20,681 nt of DNA from a candidate division WOR-3 bacterium (GTDB lineage Bacteria; Hydrothermota; Tepidihabitantia; Tepidihabitantales; DTDR01). Shown in pieces: positions 8,011-16,428 of the stretch. The translations under genes were made by a program, and so were the position numbers. The DNA lies in contig JBDRVN010000032.1 of NCBI GenBank assembly GCA_039801885.1, positions 1-20,681 on the forward strand, given 5' to 3'. Numbering within the stretch: position 1 is the stretch's first letter; each line of letters opens with the position of its first letter. The notes under the pieces were generated by a model. That model had not been told where the DNA came from, ran no database searches, and saw nothing but the letters and a program-made list of their open reading frames with translations.

Positions 8011-9599
8011 TTCTTTTCTTTTTTGTTTCTCTTTTTTCCCAAGAATTAAAATTTAGTAAAATAGAAATTAAAGGTTGGAAAAAAATAAAACCGAAAATCC
8101 TTTTTTCTTTACCGATAAAAGAAGAAGAAATTTTTGAACTGAAGAAAAAAATTCTTGATTTTTACTTAAAAGAGGGTTTTTTTGATGTGAAAGTAAATAC
8201 TGCAATGAAAAAAGAGAAAAACCGTTTTATTTTATTTTATTTTATTGACGAGCAGGAAAGATACCAAATAGGAAAAATTAATATCCAATCCAAATTTATT
8301 AAATCCGATACTTTAGAAAAACTGATTAAAGAAAAAGATTATTCCCAAAATAATCTTAATAAAATCATAAAAAAAATTGCCGATTTTTATTGGGAAATCG
8401 GTTTCCCTTTTGTAAAAATTGATTTAAAGGACTTCCAGTTAGAAGAAAAAAAAGTAAATTTTACAATAACAATTGAAGAAGGAGAAATGGTAAAAATTAA
8501 TAATCTTTCTTCTGAAGGCGAAATTATTGTTAATGAGAAACTTTTAAAAAAGGGTGCGCGATTTGCTAAACCTTTCTATTTTCAAAAAAGTTTAATTGAA
8601 AAGATGAAAAAAAATATTATCAGAAATTTTAATCTTGATATTGATCATTATTTTCTTACTTTAGATGAAAGAAATGAATACTCCTTAACCTTTCACTTCC
8701 CCTCGCAAAGGAAAAATAATTTTTTCTTTCTTTTTTCTTATCTTCCTAATGAAAAAATTCTTTTCCTTAATTTAACTTTAAGAATTTTTAATTTTTTAAA
8801 TAATTTAGAAGAATTTAATTTAGCAATAGAAAAAGAGCAGAATAAAAATTTTTATTCTTTCTCTTATCAACAACCTTACTTTTTTATATTAAAAAAAATC
8901 TTATTCTCTGGTTATTTTAAAAACTTTGATACCAGTTATTCGGTTTTTAATTTAAATTTTAACTTTTATTTGCCGACAAAAATTGATGAGTTCACACTAA
9001 ATTTTATCTTTCAAAATGAATTTAATAATTCTCGTTTATTAACCTATCCTTCCTCCCAAGTTTTTTCAATGGGTCAAGAATTAATTTTTAATAATAAAAT
9101 TAGTAATTACCAGCAAGGAACTTATCTTTCCTTGAAAGCCTTAGCCGGCGAAAGAAGAATTACCAGTAGATCAACCAATTTAAAATTAAAAACCGAAATA
9201 AAATTAGAATTTTTGTTTCCTTTTTTAAGAGAAAATTTTCTTTTCCATTCTGAATTTTTTGCCGGTAATATTTTCTTAAAAGATACTATTTATGATTACG
9301 AAAATTTTCCGCTCGGCGGGAAAAATAGTGTTCGGGGACTTCCGGAAAATAAATATTTCTCTCCTTCCTTATTAGTAATCCGCAACCATCTTAAATATTC
9401 TTATAAGAATTTATTCTTCCCTTATCTCTTTATTGATTACGGATATGGGAAAAATGAAAAACCGATTTCTTTAGCCAGTTACGGCTTAGGCTCGGAATTC
9501 TTCACAAAAAATGGCATTTTTTACCTAACCTTTGCCTTACCTATCGGAGCAAATCTTTTTGACGCAAGAATTTATTTTGGTTATACTTATTATTTTTAA
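7983..9599 (+). CDS. Omp85 superfamily (BamA/TamA-like) outer-membrane protein with POTRA domains
   Basis: Hydrophobic N-terminus. POTRA-like segments FYLKEGFFDVKV..FIDE..YQIGKINI and FYWEIGFPFVKI..FTITIEEG. Loop-6 motif LGGKNSVRGL, FIDYG, SYGLG, aromatic C-terminus IYFGYTYYF. TTG start uncertain. Confidence 0.8.
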   Translation: MASLSLSKIILFFFVSLFSQELKFSKIEIKGWKKIKPKILFSLPIKEEEIFELKKKILDFYLKEGFFDVKVNTAMKKEKNRFILFYFIDEQERYQIGKINIQSKFIKSDTLEKLIKEKDYSQNNLNKIIKKIADFYWEIGFPFVKIDLKDFQLEEKKVNFTITIEEGEMVKINNLSSEGEIIVNEKLLKKGARFAKPFYFQKSLIEKMKKNIIRNFNLDIDHYFLTLDERNEYSLTFHFPSQRKNNFFFLFSYLPNEKILFLNLTLRIFNFLNNLEEFNLAIEKEQNKNFYSFSYQQPYFFILKKILFSGYFKNFDTSYSVFNLNFNFYLPTKIDEFTLNFIFQNEFNNSRLLTYPSSQVFSMGQELIFNNKISNYQQGTYLSLKALAGERRITSRSTNLKLKTEIKLEFLFPFLRENFLFHSEFFAGNIFLKDTIYDYENFPLGGKNSVRGLPENKYFSPSLLVIRNHLKYSYKNLFFPYLFIDYGYGKNEKPISLASYGLGSEFFTKNGIFYLTFALPIGANLFDARIYFGYTYYF

Positions 9600-9600
9600 A

Positions 9601-10362
9601 ATGGAGATTTCTAAAGCAATTTTTTTAGGTGCCTTGCAGGGATTGACTGAATTTCTACCAATTTCTAGTTCTGGTCATTTATTAATCTTTCAAAAAATTT
9701 TGAAATTAAACCCGGATATTCCTTTTATTCTTTGTCTTCATTTAGGAACAACTTTTTCATTAATCTTTTTCCTTTTTAGCTTAATTAAAAAAGAAATAAA
9801 AAATAAAAACTATTTTCTTTTATTAAAAATTATTGTTGCCTTAATTCCCATTATAACAATTGGATTGCTTTTCAAAGATATTATAGAAAAAACTTTTTCT
9901 AATTTTAATTTCCTACCTTATTTCTTTTTAATAAGTAGTCTCTTAATATTTTTTACCAAATATGCCAAAGAAATTTTTTCTTCAATTAATTATTTTCAAT
10001 CGTTAATTATCGGAATTTTTCAAACCTTTGGAATTTTCCCCGGAATTTCTCGTTCGGGTTCAACGATTGTCGGTGCCCTATATTTAGGAATAAAAAAAGA
10101 AGAAGGATTCTATTTCTCTTTTCTCTTAGGACTACCAACAATTATTGGTGCCAATATTTTGGAATTTTATAAAAATATCTCTCTTTTATTAACTCTTCCT
10201 TATTTTTTAGGATTTCTCTCTTCTTTTCTTTTTGGACTTTTCGCCCTTTACTTTTTAAAATATCTGGTAATTAAGAAAAAGTTTTATTATTTTAGTTATT
10301 ATCTCTTTTTTCTCTTTATCCTTCTTCTTATTGACAATTTAAAAATTTTACGTATCTTTTAA
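9601..10362 (+). CDS. uppP: Undecaprenyl-diphosphatase
   Basis: Start moved to ATG 9601 (MEISKAIFLG, 253 aa). LQGLTEFLPISSSGHL and PGISRSGSTI motifs; polytopic hydrophobic protein. Confidence 0.95.
   Translation: MEISKAIFLGALQGLTEFLPISSSGHLLIFQKILKLNPDIPFILCLHLGTTFSLIFFLFSLIKKEIKNKNYFLLLKIIVALIPIITIGLLFKDIIEKTFSNFNFLPYFFLISSLLIFFTKYAKEIFSSINYFQSLIIGIFQTFGIFPGISRSGSTIVGALYLGIKKEEGFYFSFLLGLPTIIGANILEFYKNISLLLTLPYFLGFLSSFLFGLFALYFLKYLVIKKKFYYFSYYLFFLFILLLIDNLKILRIF
10331..10358 (+). promoter_or_regulatory. Internal promoter in the 3' end of uppP, probably giving a leaderless proS-spt-GNAT mRNA
   Basis: Perfect TTGACA (10331-10336), 16 bp spacer, TATCTT (10353-10358), 7 nt, ATG 10366. No SD. 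Confidence 0.6.
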
Positions 10363-10365
10363 ATT

Positions 10366-11784
10366 ATGAAAGAATTGGTTAAGAAAAGCGAAAATTTCTC
10401 CGAATGGTATACCCAGGTAATTTTAAAAGCTGAATTAGCCGATTATGCTCCAATAAAAGGTTGTATGGTAATTAGACCTTATGGTTATAATATTTGGGAA
10501 AATATTCAAAAAGCCTTGGATAAGAGATTTAAAGAAACGGGACATCAAAATGCCTATTTTCCTCTTTTTATTCCTGAAAGTTTTTTAAAAAAAGAAGCAG
10601 AACATGTAAAAGGCTTTGCTCCACAAGTTGCTTGGGTAATGAAAGGTGGAGAAGAAGATTTATCTGAAAAATTAGCGGTTAGACCAACTTCCGAAGCGAT
10701 TATCTGTAGTATGTATGCCAAATGGGTAAAATCCTATCGAGATTTGCCAATTCTAATTAATCAATGGTGCAACATTGTCCGCTGGGAAAAAACTACCCGA
10801 TTATTTTTAAGAACTACCGAATTTCTATGGCAAGAAGGGCATACTTTACACGAAACCTTTGAAGAAGCTGAAAAAGAAGCAAAACTAATTTTAAATATTT
10901 ATATTGAATTTTTAAAAGAAGAACTGGCTTTGCCGGTAATTGCCGGTCTCAAACCACCTTCCGAAAGATTTGCCGGTGCTTTAAGAACTTACACAGTGGA
11001 AGCCTTAATGCCCGATGGTCAAGCCTTGCAATCGGGAACTACCCATAACTTAGGACAAAATTTTTCTAAGGCTTTTGATATTAAATTTCTTGATAAAGAT
11101 AATAAAGAAAAATATGCTTGGGGTTCTTCTTGGGGAGTCTCTACCCGTTTAATTGGTGCTTTAATTATGACGCACGGTGACGATAATGGTCTTATTTTGC
11201 CTCCGAGAATCGCACCAATTCAAATTGTTATTATTCCCATTCTTTATGGCAAAGAGGATGAGAAAATTCTTGAAAAATGTAATATTTTAAAAGAAGAATT
11301 AAAAAAGGATTTTAGAGTTTATTTTGACGACCGGAAAGAATATACCCCGGGCTGGAAATTTAATGAATGGGAATTAAGAGGAGTTCCCTTACGAATAGAA
11401 ATGGGCAAAAGGGAATTGGAAAAAGAAGAAGTAAAAGTAATTAGTCGTGATTATCAAATTAAAGAAAATATAAAATGGAATAATTTAAAAGAAAATTTAA
11501 AAATTACTTTAGATAAAACCCAAAGAAATCTTTATTTAAAAGCCGAAAATTTTCTTAAAGAAAGAATCTTTTTTTATGAAGAATTGGAGAAAATGAAAAA
11601 GGAAATATTAGAAAGAAAAGGGATGGCAAAAATCTCTTGGTGCGGAAAAAAGGAATGTGAAGAAAAAATTAAAAATGAAACAAAAACTACTCCCCGTTGT
11701 ATACCTTTTGAAAAAAAAGAAGGAAAATGTATTGTTTGTGGCAAAAAAACTAAATTGATAATTTATTACGCCCGGGCTTATTAA
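10366..11784 (+). CDS. proS: Proline--tRNA ligase, archaeal/eukaryotic (Thermus-like) type
   Basis: FSEWY, RPTSE, NQWCNIVRWE, FLRTTEFLWQEGHT, SWGVSTRLIG, PGWKFNEWELRGVPLRIE, C-terminal Zn cysteines and YARAY end. No INS editing domain. Confidence 0.97.
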   Translation: MKELVKKSENFSEWYTQVILKAELADYAPIKGCMVIRPYGYNIWENIQKALDKRFKETGHQNAYFPLFIPESFLKKEAEHVKGFAPQVAWVMKGGEEDLSEKLAVRPTSEAIICSMYAKWVKSYRDLPILINQWCNIVRWEKTTRLFLRTTEFLWQEGHTLHETFEEAEKEAKLILNIYIEFLKEELALPVIAGLKPPSERFAGALRTYTVEALMPDGQALQSGTTHNLGQNFSKAFDIKFLDKDNKEKYAWGSSWGVSTRLIGALIMTHGDDNGLILPPRIAPIQIVIIPILYGKEDEKILEKCNILKEELKKDFRVYFDDRKEYTPGWKFNEWELRGVPLRIEMGKRELEKEEVKVISRDYQIKENIKWNNLKENLKITLDKTQRNLYLKAENFLKERIFFYEELEKMKKEILERKGMAKISWCGKKECEEKIKNETKTTPRCIPFEKKEGKCIVCGKKTKLIIYYARAY

Positions 11785-11787
11785 ACT

Positions 11788-12963
11788 ATGGATTTATTTG
11801 CTAAATGTGAAATTTATTATAAAAAAGTAGAAGAGGCAATAACCAAAGGTTATTACCCTTATTTCACACCAATTGAATCAGAAACTAATAATTGGGTAAT
11901 AATTAATGGTAAAAAATATTTAATGCTTGGTTCTAATAATTATTTAGGATTAACTAATGACCCAAGATTAAAAGAAGCAGCAATTGAAGCAGTAAAAAAA
12001 TACGGAACCGGTTGCACTGGTTCAAGATTTTTAAATGGTACCTTAGATTTACATTTAGAATTAGAAGAAAAGTTGGCAAGATTCTTTAATCGCGACGATT
12101 GTATTGTTTTTTCTACTGGTTACCAAACTAATTTGGGCATCATTTCTTCCTTGGTAAGTAAAAACGATTATGTGATTACGGATAAACTTGACCATGCTTC
12201 TATTATCGACGGCTGTAAATTATCTTTTGGTAATGTGAAAAGATTTCCCCATAATAATATGGCAAGTTTAGAAAGAATTTTAAAATCCCTTCCCAAAAAT
12301 TCTGGAAAACTTATTGTGGTTGATGGCGTTTTTAGTATGGAAGGCGATCTTTGTAATCTACCAGAAATTACTGATTTAGCAGAGAAATATAATGCCCGAA
12401 TTTTGGTTGACGAAGCCCACGCAGTAGGTGTGATGGGTGAAAATGGTCGCGGTACTGTTGAATATTTTGGTTTAGAAAATAAGATTGACTTAATAATGGG
12501 CACCTTTTCCAAATCTTTTGCCACAATTGGTGGATTTGTTGTTGGTGAGAAGAAAGTAATTAGTTATATTCGCCATAATGCCCGCTCTCTTATCTTTTCC
12601 GCAGCCTTGCCACCAGCATCGGTAGCGGCTGCCGCCAAGGCTTTAGAAATAATCCAAAACGAACCAAAAAGAAGAAAACACCTTTGGAAAATTACCGAAA
12701 AAATGCGCGAAGGTTTAAAAAAACTTGGTTATAATACGGGTGAAAGTGTAACACCAATAATTCCCATAATCATTGGTGAAGATATGAAAACCTTAAAATT
12801 CTGGCATCTCTTATTTGAGAATCAAATATTCGCCAATCCCGTTATTCCACCGGCAGTTCCGCCTAACCGTTCGCTAATTAGAACCAGTTATATGGCAATC
12901 CATACCGAAGAAGATATTGACTTTGCCTTAGAAGTATTTAAAAAATTGATAAAATACTTATGA
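11788..12963 (+). CDS. spt: PLP-dependent alpha-oxoamine synthase, most similar to bacterial serine palmitoyltransferase
   Basis: GYYPYF..IES, GSNNYLGL, KYGTGCTGSRFLNGTLDLH, STGYQTNLG, DHASIIDG, DGVFSMEGD, DEAH, MGTFSKS (PLP lysine), SLIFSA, NPVIPPA..LIRTSYMA.H. These match Bacteroidota-type SPT better than BioF or Kbl, from recall. Next to a bCerS-like gene. Confidence 0.75.
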   Translation: MDLFAKCEIYYKKVEEAITKGYYPYFTPIESETNNWVIINGKKYLMLGSNNYLGLTNDPRLKEAAIEAVKKYGTGCTGSRFLNGTLDLHLELEEKLARFFNRDDCIVFSTGYQTNLGIISSLVSKNDYVITDKLDHASIIDGCKLSFGNVKRFPHNNMASLERILKSLPKNSGKLIVVDGVFSMEGDLCNLPEITDLAEKYNARILVDEAHAVGVMGENGRGTVEYFGLENKIDLIMGTFSKSFATIGGFVVGEKKVISYIRHNARSLIFSAALPPASVAAAAKALEIIQNEPKRRKHLWKITEKMREGLKKLGYNTGESVTPIIPIIIGEDMKTLKFWHLLFENQIFANPVIPPAVPPNRSLIRTSYMAIHTEEDIDFALEVFKKLIKYL

Positions 12964-14084
12964 GAGAGTTAATAAAAATTGAAAAGGTTAAAAATAAAAA
13001 TGATTTAGATTTATTTGCAAAATTACCTTTTAAAATTTACCAAGGTGATAAGAATTTTGTTCCGCCTCTTATTAGTGATGTGAAAGAAACTGTCTCTAAA
13101 AATAAAAATCCCTATTTCCGCCATGCTGATATTGAACTTTTTTTAGCCTATTTTAAAAATGAGATAGTTGGTAGAATTGCCGGTATTATTGATTATAATT
13201 ATATCAATCATCATAAAAAAAATGTTGGTTTTTTTGGTTTCTTTGAAGTAGTAAATAACTTTGAGGTAGCCTGTGCCTTATTTGACACTGTCAAAGAATG
13301 GTTAAAATCAAAAGGAATGGAACTGATGGTTGGTCCAGCCAATCCGGCTTTAAACGATGAATGCGCTTTTCTTTACGAAGGTTTTGATTCGCCACCGGTG
13401 ATAAAAATGTCTTACAACCCTCCTTATTATTTAGAATTTGCTGAAAGATATGGAATGGAAAAAGCAAAAGATTTATATGCTTATTATATTAATTTAGACC
13501 AATTTGTGCCTCAAAAAATTGCCAACCTAATTGAAAAATTAAAAAAGAAAGAAAGATTTCAAGTGAGAAATGTAAACTTAAAAATATTAGATGTGGAATT
13601 AAGAAAGATAAAAGAAATATACAATGATGCCTGGCAAGAAAATTGGGATTTTACTCCCCTAACTGATGAAGAAATCAATTATTTAGGAAAGAAATTGAAA
13701 CCGATTGCCAAAAGTGAAATAATTCCCATCGTTGAAATAGATGGTGAACCAGCCGGAATAAGCATTGCTCTACCTAATTATAATGAAGTTTTAATTCATC
13801 TCAATGGTAAACTTTTTCCCCTCGGTATTTTTAAATTTTTATATTACCAAAGAAAAATTAAAAGTGGCCGACTTTGGGCATTGGGAGTAAAAAAGAAATA
13901 TAGAAAAATCGGAGTTGATGCCTTACTTTACTACGAAACCTTTTTAGGTGGTAAAAAACTTGGTTATGAATGGGGAGAAGTATCTTGGATTTTAGAGGAT
14001 AATATTGAAATAATTAGGCCAATAGAAACCTGGGGAGTTAAACTTTATAAAAAATATCGGGTTTATCAATACAAAATTACCTAA
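12960..14084 (+). CDS. YghO-like GNAT acyltransferase, candidate bacterial ceramide synthase (bCerS)
   Basis: 374 aa. F..LPFKIY.GD..FVPPL, NPYF.H, VGRIAGI, GFFGFFE, GP, YNPPYY, IYNDAW..NW.F.P, LPNYN, LGVKKKYR..G, SWILEDN, YKKYRVY. ATGA overlap with spt. Confidence 0.7.
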   Translation: MRELIKIEKVKNKNDLDLFAKLPFKIYQGDKNFVPPLISDVKETVSKNKNPYFRHADIELFLAYFKNEIVGRIAGIIDYNYINHHKKNVGFFGFFEVVNNFEVACALFDTVKEWLKSKGMELMVGPANPALNDECAFLYEGFDSPPVIKMSYNPPYYLEFAERYGMEKAKDLYAYYINLDQFVPQKIANLIEKLKKKERFQVRNVNLKILDVELRKIKEIYNDAWQENWDFTPLTDEEINYLGKKLKPIAKSEIIPIVEIDGEPAGISIALPNYNEVLIHLNGKLFPLGIFKFLYYQRKIKSGRLWALGVKKKYRKIGVDALLYYETFLGGKKLGYEWGEVSWILEDNIEIIRPIETWGVKLYKKYRVYQYKIT

Positions 14085-14092
14085 TTTTAATA

Positions 14093-14121
14093 TTGATTTT
14101 TTAAAAAAATATATTCATAAT
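14093..14121 (+). promoter_or_regulatory. Putative sigma70-type promoter, probably giving a leaderless mRNA for the secreted propeller protein
   Basis: TTGATT (14093-14098), 17 bp spacer, CATAAT (14116-14121), 7 nt, ATG 14129. No SD. Confidence 0.6.
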
Positions 14122-14128
14122 TAATTAA

Positions 14129-16195
14129 ATGAGATATTTAATTATTTTATTTATTGCTCCTTTTGCTTTTTCTCAATTGATGATTGGTTTTGTGCGTATT
14201 GAACCAGAGGTAGAAATCGAAACAATCAAAGTATATACCCAAAATACTCCTGACACAATTTATGCGGAAATTTTTAGATTAGGTAATGGTTTTGCCCGAT
14301 ATCAATTTTTTGCCGATGTTTTAGGAGAGACAATTGGCATTCTTTCTAATTTTCAGGAAACATTAAGTTTTCGGATTAAAAATTTTAGAAAAACTGAAAG
14401 TAATTTAATATTTGATATCTATCCCAATGCGGTAACTTTTATTGTCTCTAATATTCTGCCTTACGAACCCTTATCACCAATTGCTTATATGAAAGCCTAT
14501 TTAAAAAGGAATAACAAGTTTATAATTGATTCTTGCCAATTAACTCCGCAACAAGGTAATCTTTGGAACTATTATGCTTTAAATCTAAAGTCATTAGAAA
14601 TTCAACCTTATGATACTTTAGTAATTAAAGTTTGGCGAAGGGAAGGAGATTTTTTAAAATGTCAAACATTAACAACTGTTTGGGATACTAATTATTTTGG
14701 ACCTTATATCTGGACAATTTCTAATAAAATTAAAGATACTATCAATCTTATTGATACTTTTACTCCTTATTATTTTTATATTGAAAAAATTACACCGGAA
14801 ACAATTTTTGCCGAGGTGCCTTTTAATCTAAAAGTTATCACGAGAAATGATTCCTTCTTCTCCCGAGATTATCTTTTAACAATTAAAATCGGTGAAAATA
14901 CCTTTCGAAGAAGTGGTCATCTATCTTCCGCTACTTATTATCCTGCTTATGATACAGTTATTTTTGAAAATATTACTTTAACCTCTGGCATCCATCCGGT
15001 AATCTGTTCGCTTATAACAAATGACCGTAATCCAATAATTGTCTATTGCGATACAATTTTTACTTACAGTCTTCCTGAACCGGGATGGAAAAAAAGAAAG
15101 GATTTGATTGCTGAGAAACCGATTAAAGATGGAAGCGATATGGTTTATTTACCTCCGAGATTTATTTATGCGATAACTGGTAGTAAAACCAATAATTTTA
15201 TTCTTTATGATATTTTAAGTGATAACTGGCAAAAATTAGAAACTGTTCCCGGTGGAGAAAAGAAAAAGAAAGTAAAAAAAGGGTGCGCCTTAGTAAGCGA
15301 TAACTCTAATTATATTTATCTCATCAAAGGTGGTAATACTTTGGAATTCTGGCGATATGATATTTCCCAAAGAAAATGGGAAAGAAAAAAGGATGTTCCT
15401 TATGGCTTTAAACATCCTTCGCAAAAAGAGGCAAAATTAAAAAGTGGTTGCGATATGGTTTATGTGAAAAAATTAGATTCCAGTTTTATCTATCTCCTTT
15501 ACGGTTCCAAGACCAATAATTTATATTCCTATCATATTGAACGGGATACTTGGATAAAAAGAAATAATATTCCAACAAATCCTAGTGGTAAACCAATGGA
15601 TGAAGGAAGTTGTTTAGCCTATGATGGTAGATATAATATTTATATTTTAAAAGGAAAATATGGTGATTTTTATAAATATAATATCTTTACCGATTCTTTT
15701 GTCCAATTATCCTCTCTTCCCGAAACACCACCAAATAGTAGCAAAAAGAAAAGACCAAAAAACGGCACTGCCCTTGCTTATAAAGATGGTAAAATTTATT
15801 GTCTAAAAGGCGGGACTGCCCAATTCTGGCAATATACCCAAGGAGATAGTTGGTATCTCATCGACTCATTACCAATAAATAAAACAAAAGGAAGTTCAAT
15901 GGTTTATGTTCCTGATTTTCAAACCTTCTTCTTTATTCTTGGAAATAAAACAACCCTCTTTTATTCTTATCGAGAAAAACCAACAGGAATTGAAGAAAAT
16001 AAATTTAAGCCAATTTTTATTAGTAAAAATATAAAAACAATCTATTTCAAAAAAGAGTTAATTTATTTAGAAAAAGATTATTCAATCTTTAATTCCTTAG
16101 GGAAAAAATTAAATAAAGAAAAAGTAAAACCCGGTATTTATTTTATCATCTCCAAGAATAGAAAGGATGCCAGAAAAATCCTTATCATCAGATAA
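14129..16195 (+). CDS. Secreted protein: signal peptide, beta-rich N-terminal and Ig/CARDB-like region, six-bladed Kelch-like propeller, T9SS-type C-terminal sorting-like domain
   Basis: MRYLIILFIAPFAFS signal. Six repeats of G(S/C)xM/L..IY.IKG..T..F..Y....W. Tail TGIEE..YSIFNSLGKK..KPGIYFI..RKILIIR. Confidence 0.75.
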   Translation: MRYLIILFIAPFAFSQLMIGFVRIEPEVEIETIKVYTQNTPDTIYAEIFRLGNGFARYQFFADVLGETIGILSNFQETLSFRIKNFRKTESNLIFDIYPNAVTFIVSNILPYEPLSPIAYMKAYLKRNNKFIIDSCQLTPQQGNLWNYYALNLKSLEIQPYDTLVIKVWRREGDFLKCQTLTTVWDTNYFGPYIWTISNKIKDTINLIDTFTPYYFYIEKITPETIFAEVPFNLKVITRNDSFFSRDYLLTIKIGENTFRRSGHLSSATYYPAYDTVIFENITLTSGIHPVICSLITNDRNPIIVYCDTIFTYSLPEPGWKKRKDLIAEKPIKDGSDMVYLPPRFIYAITGSKTNNFILYDILSDNWQKLETVPGGEKKKKVKKGCALVSDNSNYIYLIKGGNTLEFWRYDISQRKWERKKDVPYGFKHPSQKEAKLKSGCDMVYVKKLDSSFIYLLYGSKTNNLYSYHIERDTWIKRNNIPTNPSGKPMDEGSCLAYDGRYNIYILKGKYGDFYKYNIFTDSFVQLSSLPETPPNSSKKKRPKNGTALAYKDGKIYCLKGGTAQFWQYTQGDSWYLIDSLPINKTKGSSMVYVPDFQTFFFILGNKTTLFYSYREKPTGIEENKFKPIFISKNIKTIYFKKELIYLEKDYSIFNSLGKKLNKEKVKPGIYFIISKNRKDARKILIIR
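15080..15970 (+). repeat. Intragenic Kelch-like repeats (six blades, about 50 aa each)
   Basis: Repeats are visible in the protein. In DNA, GCGATATGGTTTAT occurs at 15135-15148 and 15450-15463, and ACCAATAATTT at 15188-15198 and 15512-15522. Confidence 0.8.
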
Positions 16196-16203
16196 ACAAA
16201 TTA

Positions 16204-16428
16204 ATGCTGGAAGTAAAAATTTATTCTGGTTATAAAGGAGAAGAAAGACCAAGGGCAATTTTAATTGATGGCAAAGAATTTCTCATTGAAAAAATTTTAT
16301 ATAAAGAGATTGTGGAAGATTTTAAAACCCGAGAAAGAAAGACTATTTTTTTATGTTTTTGTAATCAAAAATATTATAAGATAACTAAATTGCCAAATAA
16401 TAATTGGGAATGTTATGAGCAAAAATAA
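16204..16428 (+). CDS. Small conserved hypothetical beta-rich protein (DUF6504-like, tentative)
   Basis: 74 aa filling the gap between two genes and overlapping the polX start by 14 nt. V..YSGYKGEERPRAI..DG.E..IEKIL..F....YYKI..W pattern resembles a family of small hypothetical proteins I recall. Confidence 0.65.
   Translation: MLEVKIYSGYKGEERPRAILIDGKEFLIEKILYKEIVEDFKTRERKTIFLCFCNQKYYKITKLPNNNWECYEQK

Noticed and set aside
10366-11784. Archaeal/eukaryotic-type ProRS as evidence of recent archaeal transfer
   Set aside because: This ProRS type is widespread in bacteria (e.g. Thermus, Bacteroidota), so it is not informative alone.
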